From: a virus
Taxonomy: Duplodnaviria; Caudoviricetes
IMG/VR virus record: IMGVR_UViG_3300028833_000068
Span: 32,001 to 96,000 of that record
Strand: one strand, 5' to 3'
DNA length: 64,000 nucleotides
Shown here: piece after piece, positions 1 through 9,346 of the stretch
Numbering within the stretch: the first letter of the stretch is position 1
Layout: the number at the start of each line of letters is the position of its first letter
The notes under the pieces: model-generated
The model's database searches: none
Seen by the model: the letters and a program-made list of their open reading frames with translations, nothing else
Told to the model about the DNA's origin: nothing
Made by a program: the position numbers and the translations under genes

Positions 1-991
1 TCAAGAGAATGCCATCAAGCTCTTTTGCTTCAATCTTAGCAAGCTCTACAGCCTTCTTAGCACAATTGATAAGCTTGTTAACAATAGGTTCAATTAGCTG
101 CTCAAACTTAGCCTTTGAAAGTGTCATCTGCAAGTGCTGTGGCACATTATCAGCAATCGTGATATAAGGAATGTTGATGTCAGTAGAAGGAGAGTTAGAC
201 AACTCAATCTTTGCCTTTTCAACGGCCTCAAGCACACGTGTCATGGCTTGTGAATCCTTTGTGATATCAACTGAACATGTCTTCTTAAACTCAGACACAA
301 CATAGTCAGCTACTAGCTTATCGATATCACTACCACCAAGGTAAACATCACCATTGGTAGAAAGAATCTCTACCACACCATCAGAAATGTCTGCGACAGA
401 GTTATCAAGGGTAGAACCACCAAAGTCTACCACCATATACTTACCGCCCTTCTGCATGTCGATGTTAGAAGAAAGAATAGCTGCGGTAGGTTCTGCGATT
501 ACACGAAGAACATTAAGGCCAGCTAGTTCACCAGCTTGTTTTGTTGCTTGTCTAGCACTGTCGTTGAAGAATGCAGGCACTGTAATCACAGCATCCTTTA
601 CCTCTTGTCCAAGGTAATCTTCTGCGATTTTCTTCATCTTACCAACGATGTAAGAAGAAATCTCTTCTGGAGAGAATGTCTTATCATCAATTTTCACACG
701 AGGTTTACCACCTTCGTTAACGATATCGTATTGAACATGCTTAATTGCCTCAGCGCTTTCTTCGTATGTGCTACCCATAAATCTCTTAATGAGGTAAACA
801 GTTTTCTTTGGGTTAACCATTTGCTGTCGTTTAGCGGCAGTACCCACCTTACGTTCACCTTCATTAATTGAAACTACTGACGGAGTTGTATAACTTCCAT
901 CTTCATTTGCAACTACAGTGGCTTTACCACCTTCAATTACTGCGACCTCTGACAATGTACTGCCTAGGTCAATTCCAATAACTTTTCCCAT
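1..991 (-). CDS. dnaK: Hsp70/DnaK chaperone, N-terminal part (runs off the window start; not in ORF track)
   Basis: Manual translation: MGKVIGIDLGST...TTPSVV...AVITVPAFFNDSARQATKQAGELAGLNVLRVIAEPTAA...DFGGSTLD...LGGSDID...EKAKIELS. Confidence 0.97.
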   Translation of the reverse strand, partial: MGKVIGIDLGSTLSEVAVIEGGKATVVANEDGSYTTPSVVSINEGERKVGTAAKRQQMVNPKKTVYLIKRFMGSTYEESAEAIKHVQYDIVNEGGKPRVKIDDKTFSPEEISSYIVGKMKKIAEDYLGQEVKDAVITVPAFFNDSARQATKQAGELAGLNVLRVIAEPTAAILSSNIDMQKGGKYMVVDFGGSTLDNSVADISDGVVEILSTNGDVYLGGSDIDKLVADYVVSEFKKTCSVDITKDSQAMTRVLEAVEKAKIELSNSPSTDINIPYITIADNVPQHLQMTLSKAKFEQLIEPIVNKLINCAKKAVELAKIEAKELDGILL

Positions 992-1009
992 TTTACTTAT
1001 TATATTTAA

Positions 1010-1294
1010 TTACATTATTTTTTCCCACATACTATCCAAATTTCCTTGTTCATCTTGGAAAGGTTTTCTTTCTCTAAGATTAAAGAGATTTGGTTCTCCG
1101 AATTCCAATATCATACGTCTTCCAAGTTTTGTTAAAACTGGATTCACTTGAATCTCAATAAGGTCTTCATAACACCATTCAAGCTTAATAGACCCATCTT
1201 CAAATACAAGAAGAATATACTTGGAATCTTTTATTTCCGCATCAGCGAGATATATTTCCTTCGCTCTGCCTTTACTCTGCAATATGTGTGCCAA
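1010..1294 (-). CDS. hypothetical protein; start uncertain (the TTG start lies inside the sigma54 motif)
   Basis: ORF track; protein-like composition. Confidence 0.4.
   Translation of the reverse strand: MAHILQSKGRAKEIYLADAEIKDSKYILLVFEDGSIKLEWCYEDLIEIQVNPVLTKLGRRMILEFGEPNLFNLRERKPFQDEQGNLDSMWEKIM
1278..1293 (-). promoter_or_regulatory. sigma54 (RpoN) -24/-12 promoter upstream of dnaK
   Basis: Minus strand TGGCAC-ACATA-TTGCA matches the consensus TGGCAC-N5-TTGCW. Confidence 0.75.
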
Positions 1295-1315
1295 AACTCA
1301 ATTTTTTTATAATAC

Positions 1316-1364
1316 TGACAATTTGTCATATGCCACATGTCATGGCGTTACTGACAAAATGGCA
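1316..1364. promoter_or_regulatory. Repeated TG[AC]CA-N2/3-TG[TG]CA palindromes, putative enhancer sites
   Basis: TGACAATTTGTCA (1316-1328), TGCCACATGTCA (1331-1342), TGACAAAATGGCA (1352-1364). Confidence 0.65.
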
Positions 1365-1384
1365 TAACCTTTCTATCTTTTTTG

Positions 1385-1430
1385 CAAATATACATAAAAA
1401 AATTGAGACTACCAAATAATAGTCCCAACT
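1385..1430 (-). promoter_or_regulatory. Bacteroidota housekeeping-type promoter fused with the upstream terminator hairpin
   Basis: GTTGGGACTA-TTATTTGG-TAGTCTCAAT-T6-ATG-TATATTTG; spacer 20 nt. Confidence 0.7.
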
Positions 1431-1462
1431 TTTAATAATCTTTAACAAAAACATTCAAGTAT

Positions 1463-1879
1463 TTAATCATCCTCTGATGGCAGATAGTCATCGATATTTC
1501 CTACGATATGATTCAACTTAACAAGTAGTTCTGCCATAATTGCATCCTCTGTGAGCATTGTAACGTTATTGGTTTCAAGCTTTCCAAGATTAAATCCTTC
1601 CTTGATTCTTTTCTTTGCCACTTCAACTCCAACTTCCTCATCGAATTCATCTGATGGGTGACAAATTGCCATACCTAGTGTTAATGTTCTCTTAAGTAGC
1701 TTAACATCATATGTCAGCTTACCCTTTACGAAAGAACCATTCATAGCTTCTACATCTACTTCTTCGTTAACCTCTGTTTTCTTCCGTGTCTGCTTAAACT
1801 CACCAACGATGGTGACATAATGTTCTTCTCCATTTGCGTCTACAGCCTTGCCATAAACATGAAAGTACTTTGTTCTCAT
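1463..1879 (-). CDS. conserved phage protein (gp49/gp66-like motif)
   Basis: LGMAICHPSDEFDEEVGVEVAKKR. Confidence 0.6.
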   Translation of the reverse strand: MRTKYFHVYGKAVDANGEEHYVTIVGEFKQTRKKTEVNEEVDVEAMNGSFVKGKLTYDVKLLKRTLTLGMAICHPSDEFDEEVGVEVAKKRIKEGFNLGKLETNNVTMLTEDAIMAELLVKLNHIVGNIDDYLPSEDD

Positions 1880-1902
1880 AACTATATAGTTTTTAATTTA
1901 AA

Positions 1903-2151
1903 TTATTTTTCATAAAAGAATTCAAAACAAGAAATATCTTCACCACTAACTTCATCTTCAAAATACATTCTCAGTGTATATTCTGATATATCATCAATTT
2001 TACTACCATCTTCGAATTTATATAAGACAGCATAATCCTCATCTGCCTTAATAAGATATGTGCGATGGTCTATACCAAGATACTTATTATAAAAATCAAT
2101 TAATTGCTGAAATGTAAATTTCTTATAATTAGGCTTTATTGTTAGTTTCAT
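1903..2151 (-). CDS. hypothetical protein
   Basis: ORF in a tightly packed operon. Confidence 0.7.
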   Translation of the reverse strand: MKLTIKPNYKKFTFQQLIDFYNKYLGIDHRTYLIKADEDYAVLYKFEDGSKIDDISEYTLRMYFEDEVSGEDISCFEFFYEK

Positions 2152-2155
2152 AATT

Positions 2156-2356
2156 TTAAAACATATTTTTTGGAATCTTCACCTTTCTAACATATTCATC
2201 ATTTCCAATTAGGTCAAGAAATAACTTATTATAAGAAGGAGGAATAGGACCTCCATTAACCCATACTTGCCCTCTAAAACAGATTATTTCACTTCCACTT
2301 GGAATTGTACCATATTGGCATTCAAAAGGTTTAATTAAAACATACTTTTCATTCAT
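2156..2356 (-). CDS. hypothetical protein
   Basis: ORF, ATGA overlap with the upstream gene. Confidence 0.7.
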   Translation of the reverse strand: MNEKYVLIKPFECQYGTIPSGSEIICFRGQVWVNGGPIPPSYNKLFLDLIGNDEYVRKVKIPKNMF

Positions 2357-2847
2357 AGTTTAACTTTGTTAAGCTTTTCACACATCTCCTCTAAGATGGG
2401 TGACATTATTTTATCCACTTCCTCCCAATCAACGTGTGGCCTATTACAACCATCTAACCATTGATGAGGGCAACCGATATTACGGTCATCAACCGACATT
2501 ACAGCAAAACTCTTGGTCACTTCATTGTAATTTCCCTCATTCTCTTGCATTGGGTTCTTTCTTATACCATATATCTTAACTCCTTTTTCCTCAAGGATTT
2601 TCAATGGTTCTTTTAAGATTTCATCGTGTCTCATTGAATTAAGAATCCAACCAACATTGTATTCTTTAGTCCAACGTTTCATCACTTCAAATGCAAGTTC
2701 ATTAAGGTGCATTTCTCCAGTTTCCCAAGAGGAACACTTTGTTAATGTATAATCCCAATCTACCTCAATTGGAATAATCCATCTACCATCTTCACTCCTT
2801 TCACTGTAATATAATACTTCGTCTATTATTCCATCAAATTTTCCCAT
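2353..2847 (-). CDS. HAD-superfamily phosphatase-like protein
   Basis: VDWDYT (DxDxT) motif I, NSMR motif II, VDDRN motif IV. Confidence 0.7.
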   Translation of the reverse strand: MGKFDGIIDEVLYYSERSEDGRWIIPIEVDWDYTLTKCSSWETGEMHLNELAFEVMKRWTKEYNVGWILNSMRHDEILKEPLKILEEKGVKIYGIRKNPMQENEGNYNEVTKSFAVMSVDDRNIGCPHQWLDGCNRPHVDWEEVDKIMSPILEEMCEKLNKVKL

Positions 2848-2855
2848 AATTTTAT

Positions 2856-3026
2856 TTAAATGTTAATTACAATATCTCTTGCTGATAACCAAGCATTTGC
2901 TTCATTCAACCTAGATTGTCGAACTGATTCTTCCATATATGCTTGAAAATCCCTTAAGAATTCTTCACTTGGACTCCAAGGCTCTATATGTTCAGCAATA
3001 TCTTCAAATCCTAACGTTTCTTCCAT
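2856..3026 (-). CDS. small hypothetical protein, 56 aa (MEETLGFEDIAEH...)
   Basis: Manual translation; TAATG coupling to the restored phosphatase stop. Confidence 0.6.
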   Translation of the reverse strand: MEETLGFEDIAEHIEPWSPSEEFLRDFQAYMEESVRQSRLNEANAWLSARDIVINI

Positions 3027-3612
3027 TAATACTCATCTCTATTTATTTCTCTTATTTGAATATTCACGAGGTCGTCTGGATATTCCTTCCCTTCCTCAGA
3101 ATATTCCTCTAACTTATGTTTCTTCCAATAGGCATGACTTAATCTTCTTAACACCCCTTGATTCACAAATGTTGTAAATTCATTTCTATCAGCGTATTCC
3201 ACCTCTATATCATGTTCTAACAGTAACGGTATATAAACTCTCCTACGGCACGAGAACGACTATATCCAGCCCTGCAGTGTATTTCAAATGTATCTATCCC
3301 TTTCTCAATCATATCTTCAATGAAATCAACAGTCTTTTCAGCTTGTTCCATTCGCATTGTCTTGAAGTGATGTCCATTATACATAACATCTTCTCCAATA
3401 TCATCGAAATCAAGATTCAATACGTTAGGATGGCCTTTGAAATAATGTTTTGTATTACCTTCGTCAAGATAATATTTTAAACACTCTTGAGTGCCAATAA
3501 TGGATATAAATGCCATATTGGCGTTCTCAACATTTTCATCATTCAAACCCATCTCTTCCATTTTCTCATCAAAGAGAAACTGAGATAATACTTCTATTTT
3601 AACTTCAGCCAT
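3026..3612 (-). CDS. protein tyrosine/dual-specificity phosphatase-like protein, interrupted by a 1-nt frameshift near 3219
   Basis: LDFDD and HCRAGYSRS (CX5R) motifs; the -1 frame continues LEHDIEVEYADRNEFTTFVNQGVLRRL... to TAA at 3026. Confidence 0.75.
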
Positions 3613-3893
3613 TTCTTTAATCTTGTTTTATACTCCCACTTTAATGAAGGGATTAAATGCGTAAATGCTTTTTTACAAGCTTCATTTAAATCCTCATCAT
3701 ATTTCCAAAATCCAAACGAACAAGGTGAATCTTTTTTCCAACTTGTTGTGTACACTTGATACACAGTATTACCATTTGGATTCAATGCCCAATACTCTGC
3801 ATTCTTTGGTCTTTCAAGCAAAGTTATTTCAACCTTGTACTTAAACACATTACTAAACGTTGTGAGTAATTTTTCATAATTAATAACCTTCAT
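3594..3893 (-). CDS. hypothetical protein
   Basis: ORF track; overlaps both neighbours. Confidence 0.6.
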   Translation of the reverse strand: MKVINYEKLLTTFSNVFKYKVEITLLERPKNAEYWALNPNGNTVYQVYTTSWKKDSPCSFGFWKYDEDLNEACKKAFTHLIPSLKWEYKTRLKKWLKLK

Positions 3894-4026
3894 CGTTCCA
3901 ACAATTATTATCTTTAATTCTGTTTATCATTCTATTGCTATATGTATACAAGTGTAATGATGCCAATAAAGACAATGTCAAACCACTTATAAATCCTCCC
4001 AATATATATTTATTTCTCTTTTTCAT
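3880..4026 (-). CDS. small membrane-anchored protein, 48 aa (MKKRNKYILGGFISGLTLSLLASLHLY...)
   Basis: Manual translation; ATGA overlap with the nuclease stop; basic N-terminus plus hydrophobic helix. Confidence 0.55.
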   Translation of the reverse strand: MKKRNKYILGGFISGLTLSLLASLHLYTYSNRMINRIKDNNCWNDEGY

Positions 4027-4871
4027 AACACATCTCTTAATCTATCTGTAACATCATTTAATGGTATTAACTCATATGTTCCATCGTCCTTAAGCCATAT
4101 TATTCTCCTTGCTATCACCTTTAACCCAATATCTTCCAATGGAAGCTGATAGCAACTTAACTGGGCTGTATAATATGAAAGCGGCTCTTCATAATAGTCC
4201 CCAAACGGAGGTAATAAAAACTTACCCATTTCACGACTAAAATCCTTTGTTAATTCACGATTCGTCTTGTAGTCCATAATTACCAAGCCACTTTTCGAAT
4301 CGTCATTTGGGTCTTTATAATAGAATAATATATCAAAAGTTCCGCAATAATCTTGTTTAAGGTTAGTTAGTTCCTTATTTTTTCCAGTATATACCTTAGT
4401 TTCAGCCAATACAAAGTGAAGGTTTGGATGTAATTCATCGTAGAACTTCAATATTGCCTCTTCCTTTGGTCTTGTTGGTATCAACCAATTCTTATCCTTA
4501 ATATACTTGCATTTATTCTCTTCCGTAATCAACTCTGGATGCCCATTTCTTAACCAACCTAGGGACTCTCCATATGAATGCACTAATGTGCCTTGAGTCG
4601 TTGCTTTAAGATTGGTAAACTTCCACTTATCCATCCAATACTCTGCTGTTTCACCATGTGTTTCAGCATATCTTTCAGCTTGCGTCTCAGAATCAAATGG
4701 ATATGCACAGAACTTGTGCGTTACTTCTGACACTGATGGTAATTGTTGCCCATTAAGGAAATATTTGTGACCATCTTCAATAAATGTTAAATCCTTAAAC
4801 TCGTTTAATATCTTATTCCTTATTTCAGTTACTTCTTTTGGTTCTCCTTTTACTATTAGTTTTTTAGCCAT
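4023..4871 (-). CDS. PD-(D/E)XK family exonuclease
   Basis: H.Y...PSVS, GTLVHSYGE, E, CGTFD, MDYKT, QLSCY motifs. Confidence 0.85.
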   Translation of the reverse strand: MAKKLIVKGEPKEVTEIRNKILNEFKDLTFIEDGHKYFLNGQQLPSVSEVTHKFCAYPFDSETQAERYAETHGETAEYWMDKWKFTNLKATTQGTLVHSYGESLGWLRNGHPELITEENKCKYIKDKNWLIPTRPKEEAILKFYDELHPNLHFVLAETKVYTGKNKELTNLKQDYCGTFDILFYYKDPNDDSKSGLVIMDYKTNRELTKDFSREMGKFLLPPFGDYYEEPLSYYTAQLSCYQLPLEDIGLKVIARRIIWLKDDGTYELIPLNDVTDRLRDVL

Positions 4872-4886
4872 TTTCTACACTTTTTG

Positions 4887-4918
4887 CAAAGATATATAAA
4901 AAAAAATAAAAAAACAAA
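4887..4918 (-). promoter_or_regulatory. Bacteroidota-type promoter
   Basis: TTTG-N20-TATCTTTG. Confidence 0.7.
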
Positions 4919-4930
4919 TAAATCAATAAA

Positions 4931-4960
4931 AAAATGCAGCCATTGCTGACTGCATTCTTT
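4931..4960 (-). terminator. intrinsic terminator
   Basis: AATGCAGTCAGCAATGGCTGCATT followed by a T-tract. Confidence 0.65.
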
Positions 4961-4970
4961 ATTTAGAATT

Positions 4971-7900
4971 TTAACTTGTCTTAGTTATGGTAATGTCATC
5001 ACAATCGCAAGGTGGTATATCCTTACCATTTTGTTTCAACTCTATTGGTTTTGTACAAGATGTGCCACTTGCTTTATAACTGATAGTTGTAGATTCAGTA
5101 ATCGCACTAGTTCCAGTATTTTCAGCTATTGGCCATACTTGAATCTTATTTCCACTAGGAGTAGATGCTGAGAACTTAGAACCACTACCTCCAACATTTA
5201 CTACAATATCACTAATACATACGCCACTTCCAGAAATAGTAATTTCTTGTGCGCCACTAGTAGTTTGTGCTGAACTTGCAAACGTTAATGCTGTTGGAGT
5301 AAATGAAACATCTTCACACTTGCATACTACCTTTTCTTGTGTTAACTTAATTGATATTGGCGTGCAAGCTGTTGATGAATTCTTATAATTAACATTTACA
5401 GTTTCAACAATATCAGTTGTGGCTGTTGTATTAGCACTCTTTGGACAAATTTTAATTGTATTTCCAATAACACTTCCAGAGAACTTAGAATCTGATGGAA
5501 GGTCTAACGTTACACTGTTTATACAAGTTCCACTATTATTTATCGTAATTGAACTTACTACTGAACTTGTTGCTGAACTTGCAAACGTTAATGCTGTTGG
5601 AGTTATTCCAAAGTTACTACATTCACATCCAGTACCATTTTGTGTAAGTGATATTGTTTTACTAGCACAACCACTACCATTAGCGCTATATGATACGGTT
5701 GCTGTTGCAGTTATTGCACTAGTCCCTTCATTTTTACTAACTGGATATATTGTAATAGCACTATTTGCAATTGAAGCTGTAAATGCAGTTGAACTTACTG
5801 AAACTTGAACATTACTTATACAAGCACCACTTGTGGTAATTGTTGATGAACTTGCAGCACTACTGCCACTAGCATCTGATGCAAATACCATTGAAGTTGT
5901 ACTAATTGCGAAGTTGGTACAATCACAAGCTGTTCCATTCTGTGTGATTGCTATGGTCTTAGCGGTACAACCACTTGTTCCAGCTTTATAGCTCACTGTT
6001 ACTGTGGCAGTTATTGCACTAGTTCCAGTGTTAGCACTATTTGGATAGACCTCAACATTGCTACCATTTAATATTGCTGTAAATGCAGTTGAACTTGCTG
6101 AAACAAAAATTCCACTTATACAAACACCACTTCTTATTGCTGCTGTTTGTTTCTTAGTTGACCCACTATCAGTATTAGCAAACGTCATTGAGGTTGTACT
6201 TAAACTAAAGTCTCCACAACCGCATCCTACTGGCTCTTGTGTTAAACTAATATCTACTTTAGTACAAGCACTTCCATCTGCCTTATATGTTATTGAAGCA
6301 GTACCAGTCACAGCAGACGCTCCAGTATTAGTTGTCTTAGGGAAGATTGAAACTATATTTCCAGTTACGGTAGCACTAAATGCCGTTGTAGTGGTTGCTG
6401 AAATATCACTTATACAACTTGCAGTAGATACTATTACATTTTGTGCTCTAGTACTTCCGCTATCGCTTGATGCAAAAGTTAAAGGTGTTTGTGGTACACT
6501 AGCTGAATTACAATCACAAGTTACTATTTTTTTTTTATGAGTCACATCAATGAATTGATTACAATCCTTTTCACGACTCTTATAGTTAACTTTAACTCGT
6601 CCAATAATATCATCTGATGTTGTATTTGCTGAAACTGGGTTGACACTTATAAGTTTAGTTCCAGTGTTTACACTTGCTACAAAATGTGAATTGTTACTAG
6701 ATACAGTAATTCCAGAAATACAATCATCTATTGTATAACCTACAGTTTGTACACTAGTTCCACTAGTATCCCAAGTCAATTGGTCATTATCTAACGCCAT
6801 TGAAGTACAATCACAATCCTTTCCTTCATGTTTAACAGTAAATGTCTTTGTACAACTTGTAGTACTAGTTTCATAGGAAACTGTGACCGTTGCAGTTATT
6901 TCTGTTAATGCGGTATTTGAACTCGTTGGTTGTACATAAATCATCTTATTGTCTTGATTGACAATAGTCATAAAATGAGTATTTGGGTTAACGCTTGAAT
7001 GCACATTCTTGATACAAGATTCAGCACTGTATCTCATATATTTCTCTTCTGTGCTAGCACCAGCCCAACTTATAGAGCTACCTTCTAAGAATAATGAATC
7101 ACAAGTACAAACCTTGGCTAACTGAACAACTGCAAATGTTGACATACAAGATGTTGAGTCTGCCATATAAGATACTGTAATTGTGCCTGTTTGGTTTGTA
7201 GTTCCAGTATTTTCACCGTTTGGGGTTACTGTCACTCTATTATTGCTTGCGTCTAACACTACTAAGAAGTGTGTGTTGTTGACAGAAACACTTATATTAC
7301 TTATACAAGTATTTGCAGTATATGTAACACTTTTAGCAGTTATCTCGTTACTATTGAAAGAAAGTTGGCTAGCACCTAAAGTAAATAGGGAACAAGTACA
7401 AGAACTACAAGTACACGTCTGGTCTATTTCCTTATTAGCTGTAACACCACTAGCTTGAGGAAACCAATGTCTATGGTATTGTCCCCCACTCACATATGTT
7501 GCATCAGTACAATCTGCTTTTGCAACAGCCTCACTCCAAGGAGTACTTGCAGTTTCAGTTCTATTGAAAACGGTTCTAGTAGTTCCACTAACATCTCCAC
7601 AAGTATCTCTAAACTGTTGGATGTCATAAATATTGATACTTTGTTTTAGAGTACCAACTGCTGTTCCACCATCGCACCCAAATTCATACACTGTTAATGT
7701 AAAGTCACTATATGTTGGAGTTTGCGAACTTGTACCAATGTTTTCCCAAGCGCCTCCAAGACTATTTTGTGTTAACGTTATTGTGTTACTAGAATTAGTT
7801 GTTCCTCTAAAAGTGTTGGTTGCAACAACATTAGTGCTTCTGTTGGAAGTAGTGTTGTTCTTATTAATAGTAAATGTTGGATAAGCTATTGTACCTATTG

Positions 7901-8371
7901 ATGGGTTTTGACTCCATGCAACGGAAGAAATTGCATCTGTGGCAGCAGTGTTTGTTGTTGTACTACTTTCACAATTACTACCAGTTAGTTTTTTCTCATA
8001 TCTTGTATATGTCAATGTATAGTTTAGAGTAACAGCAGTTTCACATGCAGATATATTAGTAGTTTGGTTTGCTCCAATTGTTAAACTACTATATCTTGTA
8101 TATCTTCATATAAGTCTTGTTGCCTTACATTCTGATTATTAGTATACGTACCATTAACAAAGATGCCATCAGTATCCAAGTTTGGGGACGTATTCTGAGA
8201 AGAAACTTGAATATAAGTTCCTCCAGTCAATTCAGAATAAGTTGGACAATAAGTTGCTGATTTACCACCGTAATTGACAGAAAGAATAGTTCCATTAGCA
8301 CTAGATTGAATCAATCCGTTAATGAAACTATCAAGATAACCAAGAGTTATTATTCTCTGACATTCAGTCAT
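4971..8371 (-). CDS. Cys-rich BACON/Ig-like repeat surface or tail-fibre protein (~1130 aa); ORFs 8081-8371 and 4971-8015 joined across a 1-nt frameshift near 8105
   Basis: Eight ~100-aa S/T-rich repeats CxC...CI...P..NT.....ATVTVSY....C...I.LTQ; the downstream frame is open from ~8104. Confidence 0.75.
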
Positions 8372-8456
8372 AATTACTATTATTTTATAATATATATTAT
8401 TTAATATTTTTAATTATATATAAATATTTAATTTATTAATATTATTTTATAATATA

Positions 8457-8488
8457 TTTGTTTTTTAATATTTTTTTATATATCTTTG
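8457..8488 (+). promoter_or_regulatory. Bacteroidota-type promoter
   Basis: TTTG-N20-TATCTTTG. Confidence 0.7.
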
Positions 8489-8504
8489 CAAAAAATAATA
8501 AATT

Positions 8505-9332
8505 ATGGTAAAATTAATTATACAATGTGCTGACATCCACATACGTCAATTTCAACGCCTAGAGGAATATGGTGAAATTTTAGAGAACTTTATTGAAAAA
8601 TGTAAAAAAACTGTAGAAGGCTACAAAAAAGAAGAAGTTCGTATTGTAATTTGCGGAGATTTATTTAATAACAAGAACAACATTTCAAATGAGTTAATTG
8701 TATTTGCTAGTTTTTTCTTAAGACAACTTGAAGAGATTGCAAAGGTTATCGTAATAGCTGGTAATCACGACCTAATTGTTGAAAATCAAACACGTACAGA
8801 CACTCTAACCGCATTATTTGATACAGCCAACTTTAGTAATTGCATATTCCTAGATTCGGAACTTGATTATAAGAGTGGTTGTGCCATAGACAATAACGTG
8901 GTATGGTGTTTATATTCAATATATGAGGAATTCTTACGTCCAACTACTATTGAAGAAATAAAGGAATCTCATCCAAATTCAAGGTTTATTGGTTTATTTC
9001 ATGGTCAAGTAATTGGTTCTACATTGAACAATGGTTATGTGTCAGATAGTGGTTTAGATGGTGATGCCTTTGAGGGATGTGATTGTGTGATGGCTGGACA
9101 TCTTCATAAACGTCAAGTGTTGAAGAGGGGAGATGCTGAAATTGTATATCCAGGTTCTTTAATTCAACAAACGTATGGAGAGACAGTATCTCAACACGGT
9201 TTTGCCGTATGGGATGTTGAAACAATGAAATATGAATTTATAGATATTGATAGTGATTATGGGTTATATGATATTGAGATAGATAATATCAATGATATTG
9301 AGGAAGATAAAGAAAAGCTGATTAATTTCTAA
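8505..9332 (+). CDS. SbcD/Mre11/T4 gp47-like metallophosphoesterase nuclease
   Basis: ADIH, GDLF, AGNHD, FHG, GHLHKRQ, YPGSLIQ..YGE. Confidence 0.9.
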   Translation: MVKLIIQCADIHIRQFQRLEEYGEILENFIEKCKKTVEGYKKEEVRIVICGDLFNNKNNISNELIVFASFFLRQLEEIAKVIVIAGNHDLIVENQTRTDTLTALFDTANFSNCIFLDSELDYKSGCAIDNNVVWCLYSIYEEFLRPTTIEEIKESHPNSRFIGLFHGQVIGSTLNNGYVSDSGLDGDAFEGCDCVMAGHLHKRQVLKRGDAEIVYPGSLIQQTYGETVSQHGFAVWDVETMKYEFIDIDSDYGLYDIEIDNINDIEEDKEKLINF

Positions 9333-9346
9333 TCAGCTTTTTCTTT
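9311..9346. terminator. bidirectional terminator between convergent genes
   Basis: AAAAGCTGATTA-ATTTC-TAATCAGCTTTT. Confidence 0.7.

Noticed and set aside
1-991. Host chromosome or prophage junction suggested by dnaK, clpP and rmlC
   Set aside because: These genes are embedded among phage genes with the same promoters and composition; no integrase or att site is seen.
354-1151. Plus-strand ORFs over dnaK, and the many short opposite-strand ORFs elsewhere in the track
   Set aside because: Antisense shadows of well-supported genes.
3217-3219. TAG-to-Gln recoding (as in Lak and some crAss-like phages)
   Set aside because: Multi-kb ORFs are open in the standard code, TAG ends several genes cleanly (29446, 34726, 40867), and read-through at 3217 gives a short poor peptide whereas the -1 frame fits.
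4023-4871. Cas4 / CRISPR-associated gene
   Set aside because: Generic phage PD-(D/E)XK nuclease without the four-Cys Fe-S pattern; no cas genes or array.
4971-7410. CRISPR array or DGR template/variable repeats
   Set aside because: The repeats are degenerate in-frame protein repeats; there is no repeat-spacer structure, adenine-specific mismatch pair or reverse transcriptase in the window.
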